Below the pieces are notes generated by a model, which saw only the letters and a program-made list of their open reading frames with translations, had not been told where the DNA came from and made no database searches. From Macrostomum lignano (lineage: Eukaryota): a DNA stretch of 64,000 nt. Every line of letters begins with the position of its first letter. Within the stretch, counting starts at the first letter, position 1. Location: assembly GCA_002269645.1 (NCBI GenBank), contig NIVC01001410.1, positions 124,001 through 188,000 of the forward strand, read 5' to 3'. The position numbers and the translations under genes were made by a program. Positions 1 through 15,200 of this stretch are shown here, piece after piece.

Positions 1-50
1 AGATTTGTTTCATAAAATATTTTCCAGTCTTTTTTATTGCGAGCAATTTC

Positions 51-3038
51 GCCCTTGGGGCACTTTCAATGTGGGATAGCGACTCCAGCTGGCGCCTTGG
101 GGCACTTTCAATGTGGGATAGCGACTCCAGCTGGCGCCTTGGGGCACTTTCAATGTGGGATAGCGACTCCAGCTGGCGCCTTGGGGCACTTTCAATGTGG
201 GATAGCGACTCCAGCTGGCGCCTTGGGGCACTTTCAATGTGGGATAGCGACTCCAGCTGGCGCCTTGGGGCACTTTCAATGTGGGATAGCGACTCCAGCT
301 GGCGCCTTGGGGCACTTTCAATGTGGGATAGCGACTCCAGCTGGCGCCTTGGGGCACTTTCAATGTGGGATAGCGACTCCAGCTGGCGCCTTGGGGCACT
401 TTCAATGTGGGATAGCGACTCCAGCTGGCGCCTTGGGGCACTTTCAATGTGGGATATAGCGACTCCAGCTGGCGCCTTGGGGCACTTTCAATGTGGGATA
501 GCGACTCCAGCTGGCGCCTTGGGGCACTTTCAATGTGGGATAGCGACTCCAGCTGGCGCCTTGGGGCACTTTCAATGTGGGATAGCGACTCCAGCTGGCG
601 CCTTGGGGCACTTTCAATGTGGGATATAGCGACTCCAGCTGGCGCCTTGGGGCACTTTCAATGTGGGATATAGCGACTCCAGCTGGCGCCTTGGGGCACT
701 TTCAATGTGGGATATAGCGACTCCAGCTGGCGCCTTGGGGCACTTTCAATGTGGGATATAGCGACTCCAGCTGGCGCCTTGGGGCACTTTCAATGTGGGA
801 TAGCGACTCCAGCTGGCGCCTTGGGGCACTTTCAATGTGGGATATAGCGACTCCAGCTGGCGCCTTGGGGCACTTTCAATGTGGGATAGCGACTCCAGCT
901 GGCGCCTTGGGGCACTTTCAATGTGGGATAGCGACTCCAGCTGGCGCCTTGGGGCACTTTCAATGTGGGATAGCGACTCCAGCTGGCGCCTTGGGGCACT
1001 TTCAATGTGGGATAGCGACTCCAGCTGGCGCCTTGGGGCACTTTCAATGTGGGATAGCGACTCCAGCTGGCGCCTTGGGGCACTTTCAATGTGGGATAGC
1101 GACTCCAGCTGGCGCCTTGGGGCACTTTCAATGTGGGATAGCGACTCCAGCTGGCGCCTTGGGGCACTTTCAATGTGGGATAGCGACTCCAGCTGGCGCC
1201 TTGGGGCACTTTCAATGTGGGATAGCGACTCCAGCTGGCGCCTTGGGGCACTTTCAATGTGGGATAGCGACTCCAGCTGGCGCCTTGGGGCACTTTCAAT
1301 GTGGGATAGCGACTCCAGCTGGCGCCTTGGGGCACTTTCAATGTGGGATAGCGACTCCAGCTGGCGCCTTGGGGCACTTTCAATGTGGGATAGCGACTCC
1401 AGCTGGCGCCTTGGGGCACTTTCAATGTGGGATATAGCGACTCCAGCTGGCGCCTTGGGGCACTTTCAATGTGGGATATAGCGACTCCAGCTGGCGCCTT
1501 GGGGCACTTTCAATGTGGGATATAGCGACTCCAGCTGGCGCCTTGGGGCACTTTCAATGTGGGATAGCGACTCCAGCTGGCGCCTTGGGGCACTTTCAAT
1601 GTGGGATAGCGACTCCAGCTGGCGCCTTGGGGCACTTTCAATGTGGGATAGCGACTCCAGCTGGCGCCTTGGGGCACTTTCAATGTGGGATAGCGACTCC
1701 AGCTGGCGCCTTGGGGCACTTTCAATGTGGGATAGCGACTCCAGCTGGCGCCTTGGGGCACTTTCAATGTGGGATATAGCGACTCCAGCTGGCGCCTTGG
1801 GGCACTTTCAATGTGGGATAGCGACTCCAGCTGGCGCCTTGGGGCACTTTCAATGTGGGATAGCGACTCCAGCTGGCGCCTTGGGGCACTTTCAATGTGG
1901 GATATAGCGACTCCAGCTGGCGCCTTGGGGCACTTTCAATGTGGGATATAGCGACTCCAGCTGGCGCCTTGGGGCACTTTCAATGTGGGATATAGCGACT
2001 CCAGCTGGCGCCTTGGGGCACTTTCAATGTGGGATATAGCGACTCCAGCTGGCGCCTTGGGGCACTTTCAATGTGGGATAGCGACTCCAGCTGGCGCCTT
2101 GGGGCACTTTCAATGTGGGATAGCGACTCCAGCTGGCGCCTTGGGGCACTTTCAATGTGGGATAGCGACTCCAGCTGGCGCCTTGGGGCACTTTCAATGT
2201 GGGATAGCGACTCCAGCTGGCGCCTTGGGGCACTTTCAATGTGGGATAGCGACTCCAGCTGGCGCCTTGGGGCACTTTCAATGTGGGATAGCGACTCCAG
2301 CTGGCGCCTTGGGGCACTTTCAATGTGGGATATAGCGACTCCAGCTGGCGCCTTGGGGCACTTTCAATGTGGGATATAGCGACTCCAGCTGGCGCCTTGG
2401 GGCACTTTCAATGTGGGATATAGCGACTCCAGCTGGCGCCTTGGGGCACTTTCAATGTGGGATAGCGACTCCAGCTGGCGCCTTGGGGCACTTTCAATGT
2501 GGGATAGCGACTCCAGCTGGCGCCTTGGGGCACTTTCAATGTGGGATAGCGACTCCAGCTGGCGCCTTGGGGCACTTTCAATGTGGGATAGCGACTCCAG
2601 CTGGCGCCTTGGGGCACTTTCAATGTGGGATAGCGACTCCAGCTGGCGCCTTGGGGCACTTTCAATGTGGGATATAGCGACTCCAGCTGGCGCCTTGGGG
2701 CACTTTCAATGTGGGATAGCGACTCCAGCTGGCGCCTTGGGGCACTTTCAATGTGGGATAGCGACTCCAGCTGGCGCCTTGGGGCACTTTCAATGTGGGA
2801 TATAGCGACTCCAGCTGGCGCCTTGGGGCACTTTCAATGTGGGATATAGCGACTCCAGCTGGCGCCTTGGGGCACTTTCAATGTGGGATATAGCGACTCC
2901 AGCTGGCGCCTTGGGGCACTTTCAATGTGGGATATAGCGACTCCAGCTGGCGCCTTGGGGCACTTTCAATGTGGGATATAGCGACTCCAGCTGGCGCCTT
3001 GGGGCACTTTCAATGTGGGATAGCGACTCCAGCTGGCG
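51..3038. repeat. Tandem satellite, 42-bp unit (AGCGACTCCAGCTGGCGCCTTGGGGCACTTTCAATGTGGGAT) with a 44-bp +AT variant
   Basis: Read directly from the sequence. Units are near-identical, and the six-frame ORFs are 14-aa periodic, matching 42 bp. Confidence 0.98.
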
Positions 3039-3214
3039 TCAGTTGTAGCGATCATACAAATATGAGAGAATGAAGAGGTCAGAGGTCAAGGAGGAGAAAT
3101 CAATTTTCATGGGGCAAATAATGATCATTAAAGACCATACGCATACCTTTTTTACTCACTATGACTTCAGTCCACCCAACTCATCATATTAGAAGTAGTT
3201 AGGAGGTTGTAGGG

Positions 3215-3340
3215 GGGCTGATCGAGGTCGGGGGTTCGATTCTTGACCCACTCGAAGCAATCGAAGGAAGACACTCAACTCTGCATTGCTTCAGTTCACC
3301 GAGCTGTAAAATGGGTGCCAGCATTAGCTGGGGTTTTTGA
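3215..3340 (+). mobile_element. SINE fragment (tRNA B-box plus CORE-like segment)
   Basis: GGGTTCGATTC B-box followed by GACACTCAACTC..TTGCTTCAGTTCACCGAGCTGTAAAATGGGTGCC, resembling the central domain of invertebrate CORE-type SINEs. Recognised from memory; no search run. Confidence 0.4.
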
Positions 3341-3591
3341 GTGTGTGTGGCGACCCCCCCCCCCTTAGTCCTTGGACTGAACAGCCGAACGCAGCCTTCA
3401 GATGCGCCGCGCAATAGCTGCGGCTGAGCTGTCGGTTGCACATCTGCCAACTAGGGCAGGTGTAATCAATTATTATTATTATTATTTTAATTGTTAATTT
3501 TATTACTATCGTAGTCGAGCAATAAATCAAATAATTTATCAATCCATCAATCCCGCAATCAAATAAAAAATCAATGAATTGCACCCGATAG

Positions 3592-5955
<2,364 letters not shown>

Positions 5956-6780
5956 TTCCAAAATTCTGGCTCACTACGCTTTAACCCTAAAGATTAGGCT
6001 GATAATGCTTACAGAGATTCATTTGCTCAAACAAACAATTGAAATGATTTAATTTATAACGCATGAAACTTCTAATTTTTTATGATCTTCGTGATCGACA
6101 AAATATTTCAATGCAGAATTCTGTAATTTTCTCTTTCGGTGCAAGTGTCACAACATTTTTTAATATTTTCATACGATTTTTACTTTGAATTAAAAGTGAC
6201 ATTCTGTCAGTAAAATTATCAGCAAAATTGCGTAATTTATCTTTATGAGTAGTATATTGTGTGTAAAGGTAGAACTGATAGCTCGTAATGTCTAAACTGT
6301 AAATGAAAATCCGAGTGTTGAGTGCTAATAAATGCTGTCCATTATAACAGATTTAAACGCTAAAATATTAATTTTTATTGCGTAACGAGCTGGAAGGTTA
6401 GTTTTGTCAGCTTTGTGTCAGAGGGTCAGTTTGGTCAGAGCATCCTGAAGCATGGGCAGCTCAAGAAACTGGCATAAGAACATGAGTTGGCTAGCCTCAA
6501 GGGCCTTGGGTGGTGCTTCTCCTTACCCTCTCTCTCGTCCCTTCCCGCTCTGAGTTTGGCTCACAAGACAGCCAGTCCCTTACTGCCAGACCCGCTACGG
6601 CCAGACGGGTTTTGTAAAGTTAATAAATCATCAGCAAGGCCATCAGTCAGTTACCACCGGCCGGGCGTCAGCCTCTGCCGCAAAAAAAAGCGTTGTACCG
6701 TCTTCTGTCATTCGTTTGCCAGGCGGGGGGGAATTGAAGGTCAGAGTGTCCTGACCTGTCCTTTCCTAAAGTACGTTCGT

Positions 6781-7378
6781 AACAGACAGCACTGTGTGTT
6801 AGCAAGGCATCAAACTCAATAATTAACAGACAGCATTCTGTGTCAGCAAGGCATCAAACTCAATAATTAACAGACAGCACTGTGTGTCAGCAAGGCATCA
6901 AACTCAATAATTAACAGACAGCATTCTGTGTCAGCAAGGCATCAAACTCAATAATTAACAGACAGCATTCTGTGTCAGCAAGGCATCAAACTCAATAATT
7001 AACAGACAGCATTCTGTGTCAGCAAGGCATCAAACTCAATAATTAACAGACAGCATTCTGTGTCAGCAAGGCATCAAACTCAATAATTAACAGACAGCAT
7101 TCTGTGTCAGCAAGGCATCAAACTCAATAATTAACAGACAGCACTGTGTGTCAGCAAGGCATCAAACTCAATAATTAACAGACAGCATTCTGTGTCAGCA
7201 AGGCATCAAACTCAATAATTAACAGACAGCATTCTGTGTCAGCAAGGCATCAAACTCAATAATTAACAGACAGCATTCTGTGTCAGCAAGGCATCAAACT
7301 CAATAATTAACAGACAGCATTCTGTGTCAGCAAGGCATCAAACTCAATAATTAACAGACAGCATTCTGTGTCAGCAAG
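6781..7378. repeat. 44-bp minisatellite (AACAGACAGCATTCTGTGTCAGCAAGGCATCAAACTCAATAATT)
   Basis: About 13.5 near-perfect units read directly. Confidence 0.97.
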
Positions 7379-8175
7379 CGAAACCGACCGCTTTAAGAGT
7401 CGGCTCCTCCCTCACAGCCCATCGCTCTCGCAGTCACGATGAGGCACTCAGGAAGCTGTGCAGCATCAGCTCCGCGGTGCCCGCTCGCTTCCTTGAGCAG
7501 ATCCATTGAGCAGATCTGCAGGTGGAGCAGCTAGTTTTAGCGTGTTGAAAATGTACATGTATCTACTATCCTAGCTTGATATGACTTGACAATAATGTAG
7601 ATAATATTTTAATTGCATATGCAGGTTAAAGCGTTTTCTTTAAGGTCTTCCAAGAAGACTGGCTCTGGGCCACCTCAATTAGTTGGATAACTTTAAAGTG
7701 AGTTGGAGCTGCCCTTGTGCGAAGGCTCATGAAGCGAGACCTGATTACACTTGCATCCTCGAACTCCTGGTGGGTCGCACTGGCAGGGTACGAAGTTCTG
7801 GGGTTATATGATGCTTTCCTTGTCGTCTACCTGAAACATGGGCAGCTCAAGGTCTGGCATAGGAACTGGCTAGCCTCAAGGTCCATACTTGCACCCGCCG
7901 GGCACAATGCACCCATGATCAAAGAGACCGTCTTTACGGCTAGTCTACATGTAGTTAGCAGACCTTCAATAGGAGCTGAACACCACGAATTCGGCAACCA
8001 CCAATAAATCAGTAGGCGGAATGGCAAGGGAGGGGGAGCTCACACTTGAAACCAGGTCCGCGGGCCACATGCGGCCCACAAAGCATCTCTATCCGGCTCT
8101 CGGGTCCTTTGAAACTTCTCAGTAGCAATCATGCCCGCTCAAAGTTTGTTTCTCTTTTTAGCTCTCTTCTATCAC

Positions 8176-8750
8176 CTCTCCTCTCCTCTCCTCTCCTCTC
8201 CTCTCCTCTCCTCTCCTCTCCTCTCCTTTCCTCTCCTCTCCTCTCCTCTCCTCTCCTCTCCTCTCCTCTCCTCTCCTCTCCTCTCCTCTCCTCTCCTCTC
8301 CTCTCCTCTCCTCTCCTCTCCTCTCCTCTCCTCTCCTCTCCTCTCCTCTCCTCGCCTCTCCTCTCCTCTCCTCTCCTCTCCTCTCCTCTCCTCTCCTCTC
8401 CTCTCCTCTCCTCTCCTCTCCTCTCCTCTCCTCTCCTCGCCTCTCCTCTCCTCTCCTCTCCTCTCCTCTCCTCTCCTCTCCTCGCCTCTCCTCTCCTCTC
8501 CTCTCCTCTCCTCGCCTCTCCTCTCCTCTCCTCTCCTCTCCTCTCCTCTCCTCTCCTCTCCTCTCCTCTCCTCTCCTCTCCTCTCCTCTCCTCGCCTCTC
8601 CTCTCCTCTCCTCTCCTCTCCTCTCCTCTCCCTTTTCCTCTTCCTTCCCTCCTCTCTCCTCTCCTCTCCCTTTTCCTCTTCCTTCCCTCCTCTCTCCTCT
8701 CCTCTCCTCTCTTCTTTATTTCTTCGCCTCTCCTTTCTCCTCTTTAATTC
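8176..8750. repeat. (CTCTC)n polypyrimidine repeat
   Basis: Read directly from the sequence. Confidence 0.97.
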
Positions 8751-9016
8751 CTCTGGGTTCTCTATCTGGCCTTGGAGGTAAAATGTTTGTCGACCCCTGC
8801 TTTAAACAGCTGATTCGTGGAGCTGCAGTCGAGGACAGAGTGCCGTTGTACTGCAACGGAAATACCAATTTAATATGCTCGTACATCCTTGATCCAAATT
8901 GAATTGAGTTGTCTATGGCAATCCTGAGGCTTCGAATCGCGAACAGAGCGCTGCCGCCTCAACCCAAGCAACTGCCGCATCTTAAAAAATTTCTTCTTTA
9001 ACCAGTCAAGTTGCAG

Positions 9017-10656
9017 TACAGCCGCACCTTTGCACTGCTCAAGCTCATGCTGAAGCGCCTTTGGTTCCGGCTGCGTCGGCGCGACGGAAATCCTTGCCGA
9101 TTATCCACGGCGTCATTTTGTCGACCTCCCCGGAATCGCAGCAACCAGAAAGCCGGCAAGGGCGAAGATGCCAAGGACGTCGATCCGGCTTTGGAGACTG
9201 AAGTGGATGATGAGGGAAAACCGGGCAGTCAGCCGCTGCCGCACCCCGCCTATCAGCCCATGCGAGTCGACCCCGTGCTGGAGCTGCCAGTGCACTACTG
9301 GTTCCACGTCTACCTGCACAGCTACGACTGCGACCGGCTGCTCACCCCGTTTGTCAAATCAATGATGGAGGACTTTCCTACAGACAGGCGCCTGCTCAGC
9401 ATCATGAATAGGTGTCTGGTGAGCGTTGCCTCTGGATAACAAGAATTGCGATAAAACACTCAGCATCCTCAGACATCAGTCAGAATCTCCAAAAACTACT
9501 CAGCATCTCCACAAATGACTCAGAATCTCCACACATCACTCAGCATCTCCACAAATGACTCAGAATCTCCACACATCACTCAGCATCTCCACAAATGACT
9601 CAGAATCTCCACACATCACTCAGCATCTCCACAAATGACTCAGAATCTCCACACATCACTCAGCATCTCCACAAATGACTCAGAATCTCCACACATCACT
9701 CAGCATCTTCACAAATCACTCAGCATTTCCACAAATCACTCAGCATCTCCACAAACCACTCAGCATCTTCACAAATGACTCAGAATCTCCACAAACCACT
9801 CAGCATCTCCACAAATGACTCAGAATCTCCACAAATGACTCAGAATCTCCACACATCACTCAGCATCTCCACAAATGACTCAGAATCTCCACACATCACT
9901 CAGCATCTCCACAAATGACTCAGAATCTCCACACATCACTCAGCATCTCCACAAATGACTCAGAATCTCCACACATCACTCAGCATCTCCACAAATGACT
10001 CAGAATCTCCACACATCACTCAGCATCTTCACAAATCACTCAGCATTTCCACAAATCACTCAGCATCTCCACAAACCACTCAGCATTTCCACACATCACT
10101 CAGCATCTCCACAAATGACTCAGCATCCCCAGAAATCACTCAGCATCTCCACAAATCAACCAGAATCTCCACAAATCACTCAGCATCCCCAGAAATCACT
10201 CAGCATCCCCAGAAATCACTCAGCATTCCCAGAAATCACTCAGCATCTCCACAAATCAACCAGAATCTCCACAAATCACTCAGCATCCCCAGAAATCACT
10301 CAGCATCCCCAGAAATCACTCAGCATTCCCAGAAATCACTCAGCATTCCCAGAAATCACTTAGCATTCCCAGAAATCACTCAGCATTCACACCCATCAGC
10401 TTGAGTCTATTGCTCACTGCTTCAGGTGAGAGTGTCCCTGGGACAGCTGGAGATGTACAAATCGCTGCCGCGCTACGTTTTCATTCTAAACGGAGCCAAC
10501 TGGGACTCAATAATTCGTGCCCTGGTCGAAATGGAGGCGGCCTTCCCCGAGCTCTTGCGGTTCGCCAGTCACCCGCTGCTGGTGGACACTCCGACGCAGC
10601 GGTTCTCAACGTCATACTGGCGCCAGACGGCCTTGCAGACTCGCATAACGAGATGA
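9017..10656 (+). CDS. Two-exon gene, candidate ribosomal-S10-fold mitochondrial protein (mL48/mS10-like)
   Basis: Exons 9017-9418 and 10426-10656 join in phase 0 (CTG|gtgagc ... ttcag|GTG). The Arg-rich, acid-free N-terminus resembles a presequence. VYLHSYDCDRLL and RYVFILNG..IIRALVEMEAAFPELLR resemble S10-fold/mL48 motifs. Family call is from memory only. Confidence 0.55.
9466..10390. repeat. 20-bp minisatellite (CAGCATCTCCACAAATGACT and variants) in intron
   Basis: Read directly; alternating 40-bp dimer in the 5' part. Confidence 0.95.
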
Positions 10657-11113
10657 GTGAGACGTTGAAGTCTCACCTATACGTGTCCTACAAAAGCTTT
10701 CTCGTTGAGAAAGGGCCGGAGTTGCAAAAAAACACAATAATATGTTTATTGCACGATGTTGTTTTTTTCGTTGGCTAAGGCCTGTGTTGGAGCTGGTGCG
10801 CAGGGCAGAAATGCGAGAAGCATCTTACTTAGAATTAGTATATAATTAGTATTTTATTTAGGTAAGAGTTACAAAAACTGCAAGCTAGCCACTGCCCACC
10901 CTTTGCACGCATAGAATGTATATGCTTAACTTACTGGTGTTGTTTTAACTACGAGACTATTTTTCAACTATAATAAACGTTATAACTCACAACAGCTAGT
11001 ACTGCACAATTATAAGTGTCGTGTATGAATGGAGTCTGTGTATTGCTTTGAGTCTCAATTATGTTCTATGTTATGGTCATAGCTGTGTGCTTCATCTTAT
11101 GTTTTTACTCCAT

Positions 11114-11489
11114 GCCAACAATGCTACTGACCCCTGCCAACAATGCTACTGACCCCTGCCAACAATGCTACTGACCCCTGCCAACAATGCTACTGACCCC
11201 TGCCAACAATGCTACTGAGCCCTGCCAACAATGCTACTGAGCCCTGCCAACAATGCTACTGACCCCTGCCAACAATGCTACTGACCCCTGCCAACAATGC
11301 TACTGACCCCTGCCAACAATGCTACTGACCCCTGCCAACAATGCTACTGACCCCTGCCAACAATGCTACTGAGCCCTGCCAACAATGCTACTGACCCCTG
11401 CCAACAATGCTACTGACCCCTGCCAACAATGCTACTGACCCCTGCCAACAATGCTACTGACCCCTGCCAACAATGCTACTGACCCCTGA
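11114..11489. repeat. 22-bp minisatellite (GCCAACAATGCTACTGACCCCT)
   Basis: About 17 units read directly. Confidence 0.97.
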
Positions 11490-12216
11490 CTTGCTACGAT
11501 GTCAAGGCTTCGAGGGAGTTATTATAATAATGTGACTCTTGGGGAGAATTACTGAAATGTTAAGGTTTTAGGGTTAGGGTTGGGGGGAATTTTCGAGATT
11601 TCACAGGCCTATGGGGGTATCGCCGAGATGTCAAGGCTCACGGGCGGGGATTGTTGATATGTCAAGGCTCACGGGGGGAATAGCTGAGATTTCAAGGCAT
11701 ACAAGGGGAATTTCTAAGGTTATTGCAAGGAGAAGCTACATGTAGTTTATTCAAAATTCTGTATTACATTCTTTGTTGGCTACCGAGAGGAGGGCACTGA
11801 TTGCTAGTACAAGGTACTATGTCTAATATGATCCACGAAGTATATAGCTTAGGGCTTGATCAACTTCTAGGCTCTTTGCTGTACATGTAGGTTGTCATTG
11901 TCATTTTTTATGCATTGTACGCGCCCTGTTTACGCGCAGTCTAGTTCAACAGTTTTTCACTACCAATTCTCTTTCCAACACCCATGGACGAGCGATAGTG
12001 TACGCGCTTTGTACCTGGTACCTTGTACAGTAATTCTATATTTGCCCAAGTTTGCAGTTTGCAGCATGCTTTACAGTCAGAACAGTTTGTGTGTAATGAG
12101 AGACGTCTAATATTAGGAAAGGCTATAAACATAAAGCATAAACATAGAGGATTATGCCAACCCATAATTAGTCAAGCTAATACTCTCGGATTGGGTTAAG
12201 TTTTACCGAAGTTGCA

Positions 12217-15200
12217 ATGCCAAATCCAACGAAGTGCTTGCTCACAACATTGAGTACGATAGCGCGCTGCACTCGGGGAATCAGCACCGGCAGTTGCCAA
12301 GCCCACAGAGCCAGCCGCCTTCTACAGCAGATGATCCAATGCAAGGACATGACAAGAGTGATGCGATGGCTTGAAGATGGGCGCGACATCGAGTGCCCAA
12401 CGCACAGCATTGGCTATACTCTGCTTCACGCCGCCGCCAGGTACAACCGAGTCGGGCTGGTTGAATGCCTCATCGAGAGCAAAGCCAACGTCAACGCGCA
12501 GAGCCTGTGGGGCGCTGCGCCGCTACACTTTGCCGTCCAGAAGAACTCGCTGTTGTCTTTGAAACGCCTGCTGGCAGTGCCCGGAATACAGGTTGGCATC
12601 AGGACCAGGAACGGGCTCTCACCGCTGCACTACGCGGCTGATAATGGCCACTTGGAGGCGGCCGAGCTGCTCGTGGAGGCCGGCGCCGACATGAACGAGC
12701 AGACAGAGGACGGCAGAGCTCCGCTACACTTTGCCTGCTTGAAGGGCCACAAAGAGTTTGCTCTGTGGCTAATCGACTCAGGAACGGCGAACTGCAGTCT
12801 CATAAAGAAGGACGGTAAGACTGCGCTTCACTTGGCGAACTTCGAAGACATTGCTAGACGATTGATTGAAAAAGGCGTCGGACTGAATACGAAGGCTGTG
12901 AATGGCCGTACAGCTCTGTTCTTGGCTGCTGCCAGCAACAATGCAGAAGTTGTGGCTTCGCTATTGAAGGCCGGAGCACTTGTTAACTTCGCAGACAATA
13001 AAGGACAGACCCCGTTTCACATTGCATGCAACAATAATTGCGAAGAAGTCGTGCGCATGCTGCAACAGGAGCGACTCAATTTTAATGCTAGCGACAAGCT
13101 GGGCTGCAGCGCACTTCACTTGGCCGCTGATAATGGCCACTCTGAAATAGTTTACCGGCTACTCGAGAAAAAGAAGATTCGAGTCAACTCGCGTGACTGT
13201 CAGGGCCGGACGCCTTTGTACTTTGCTGCTCATCGGGGGCAGATAAAAGCTGTAAAACTGCTGGCAGAGTGCAATCGAACGGAGTTAAACATCCAGGGCA
13301 ACGACGGCAATACACCACTGCACGCGGCTGCGGATTGTGGCCACACGGAGGTTGTTGAAGCTCTATTGAAGGCAGGCTGCAATGTCAACCTGCACAACAG
13401 CACTAGGAGCGGGGTGCCACTTCACTTTGCCGCTGACAGGGGCTTCGTCAAGATTGTGCAACTGCTTCTGGACTACGATGCTGAAGTTGACGCTAAATCC
13501 AGCGAAGGCTGGACGGCGCTGCATTTCGCATCAAGACTAGGCCGCACCGAGGTCGCTCGGATACTAGTGGAGCGCGGAGCGTGCGTCAATAGTTCTGGCC
13601 GCCATGGCTGGACGCCGCTGCACGTGGCCACGCGCATGGGCCACGGTGAAATTGTCAAGCTGCTTATTGGAAAGTCGGCCGATGTTGGCATCGAGCTTGA
13701 AGACGGGAATGCGCCACTGCATTTTGCGGCCCAGAATGGGCATCCAGAAATTATTACAATGCTTTTAGACGCGGGAGCTTCTCCGACACAAAAGGCGCAC
13801 CGCACTTCCGCGACGCCAATTGATCTCGCAGCAGTGTTTAACCGACATGTGTCATTAAAGCTGATGCTTCAGTCCCTTTGCCGAAAAGGCGTTGATCTGC
13901 TCAACGAAAAAAGCTTGGAAAGTCTTGATAGAACGAAGCTAAAGGAGGCTCAAGAACTTTTGTCAACAGATAGACCACAGCGTGACACTAAGATCCGGTA
14001 CGTTCTAACGAGTGCCCTGTTAATAAATTCATTGCAGGAGTTGCATCATTGAACTTAACGTGCAATAATATGAACGTGTAGAATAAAACAATATTGAAAA
14101 AAAATTGTGGATGAATATGATAATCCCGTCACCAGCTCAGCGGTAGACGCGTCCGACTCTCGCGCAACGCCCGCGGGTTCGATTTCGTGCACAGTCACAT
14201 TAATTTTAGGGCTTGCGCACGAAGATTAGCCGGCGCTTGTCGTGCAATTCACAACACATGAGGGCCAGCCCCCAAGGCACAGAGAGTGTACATGCCTATC
14301 GATTAGAAAGTCATGGCCGCTGTACAGCCTGTGCATGAGTTTATGTCTGCGTACTGTGCCTGCGTATGCGCATGTACGAGTATGCGCTCAGTAGTCAGCA
14401 GAGTAGGCAGAATTGCCTGAGCGCTGATTGGGGCGATGTCGCCGAAGGTATAACGCCAGGCTGCCCACAGATGCAATGACATGCAATTAATTAATATAAA
14501 CATTATAAACCCCGTCCTCACAACTTGCAGCAGCCAGGAACTGCACGAGGCAATGAACGAGGCGGGCTTCATTCGAGAGAGATGCGTGACCCAGACAGCG
14601 ATGAGTCATGTGTTAGAAGAAATTATTCAGTCGCACTCAGGGCAGACCATGTGCCTCACAGGCAGCTTTTCCGAAGGCTGGGGATGCTCCCTTACTCGAT
14701 TGGATGGCATTGTGGATCTCAACTCTGATTTGGACATGACTGTCTTCATCAAGGGCCTTCGGTACCACCTGAAAGGATTCTGCAAGTGTACAAAGCTGAA
14801 AGAGTCTCCCGAAGACGATAACAGAAGACGAGAAATTGCTGAGCGACAGCGTAACACCTTGGAATACAGCCAGGGACACGTAAAGTTCAGCGGACATTGT
14901 GAGTTTGCAGTAGGCGAATTTAGTTTTTGCATAGTAAGCAGTCAACAGATGTACTGAAACTAATAAATGCGACCCAAATTTTAGCCTCAAATCCAGTTCG
15001 CAACTTCTACGGATCCATAAAGCGCCCGGCCATGGACGAAGCGGTCGCTTACAACTGCTGCTCCTATCCGGACATGCCGATCCTAGATGCCAAAACCACT
15101 AAGATAAACAAGGTCTGCATGGATAAGCTCAACCGAGAGTCGCTCAGGCACAACTCCTGTCACTTGGTTTCCGCCGCGCCTCCCGGAATGGAAGGTCTCT

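Noticed and set aside
51-3038. CRISPR-like array
   Set aside because: Units are contiguous with no unique spacers, and the context is eukaryotic.
7430-7525. Possible exon (GC-rich, AG/GT-like flanks)
   Set aside because: No phase-compatible partner exon or recognisable motif on either strand.
8915-9001. In-frame upstream ORF suggesting stop readthrough into the mL48-like gene
   Set aside because: The TAA lies in a typical polypyrimidine/acceptor region; an intron or outron is simpler.
11566-11582. Telomeric repeat tract
   Set aside because: Only about two TTAGGG units; too short.
13998-14052. Stop of a stand-alone 611-aa ankyrin protein
   Set aside because: More likely read-through into intron 1. 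A good donor at 13998 joins in phase to the NTase exon.
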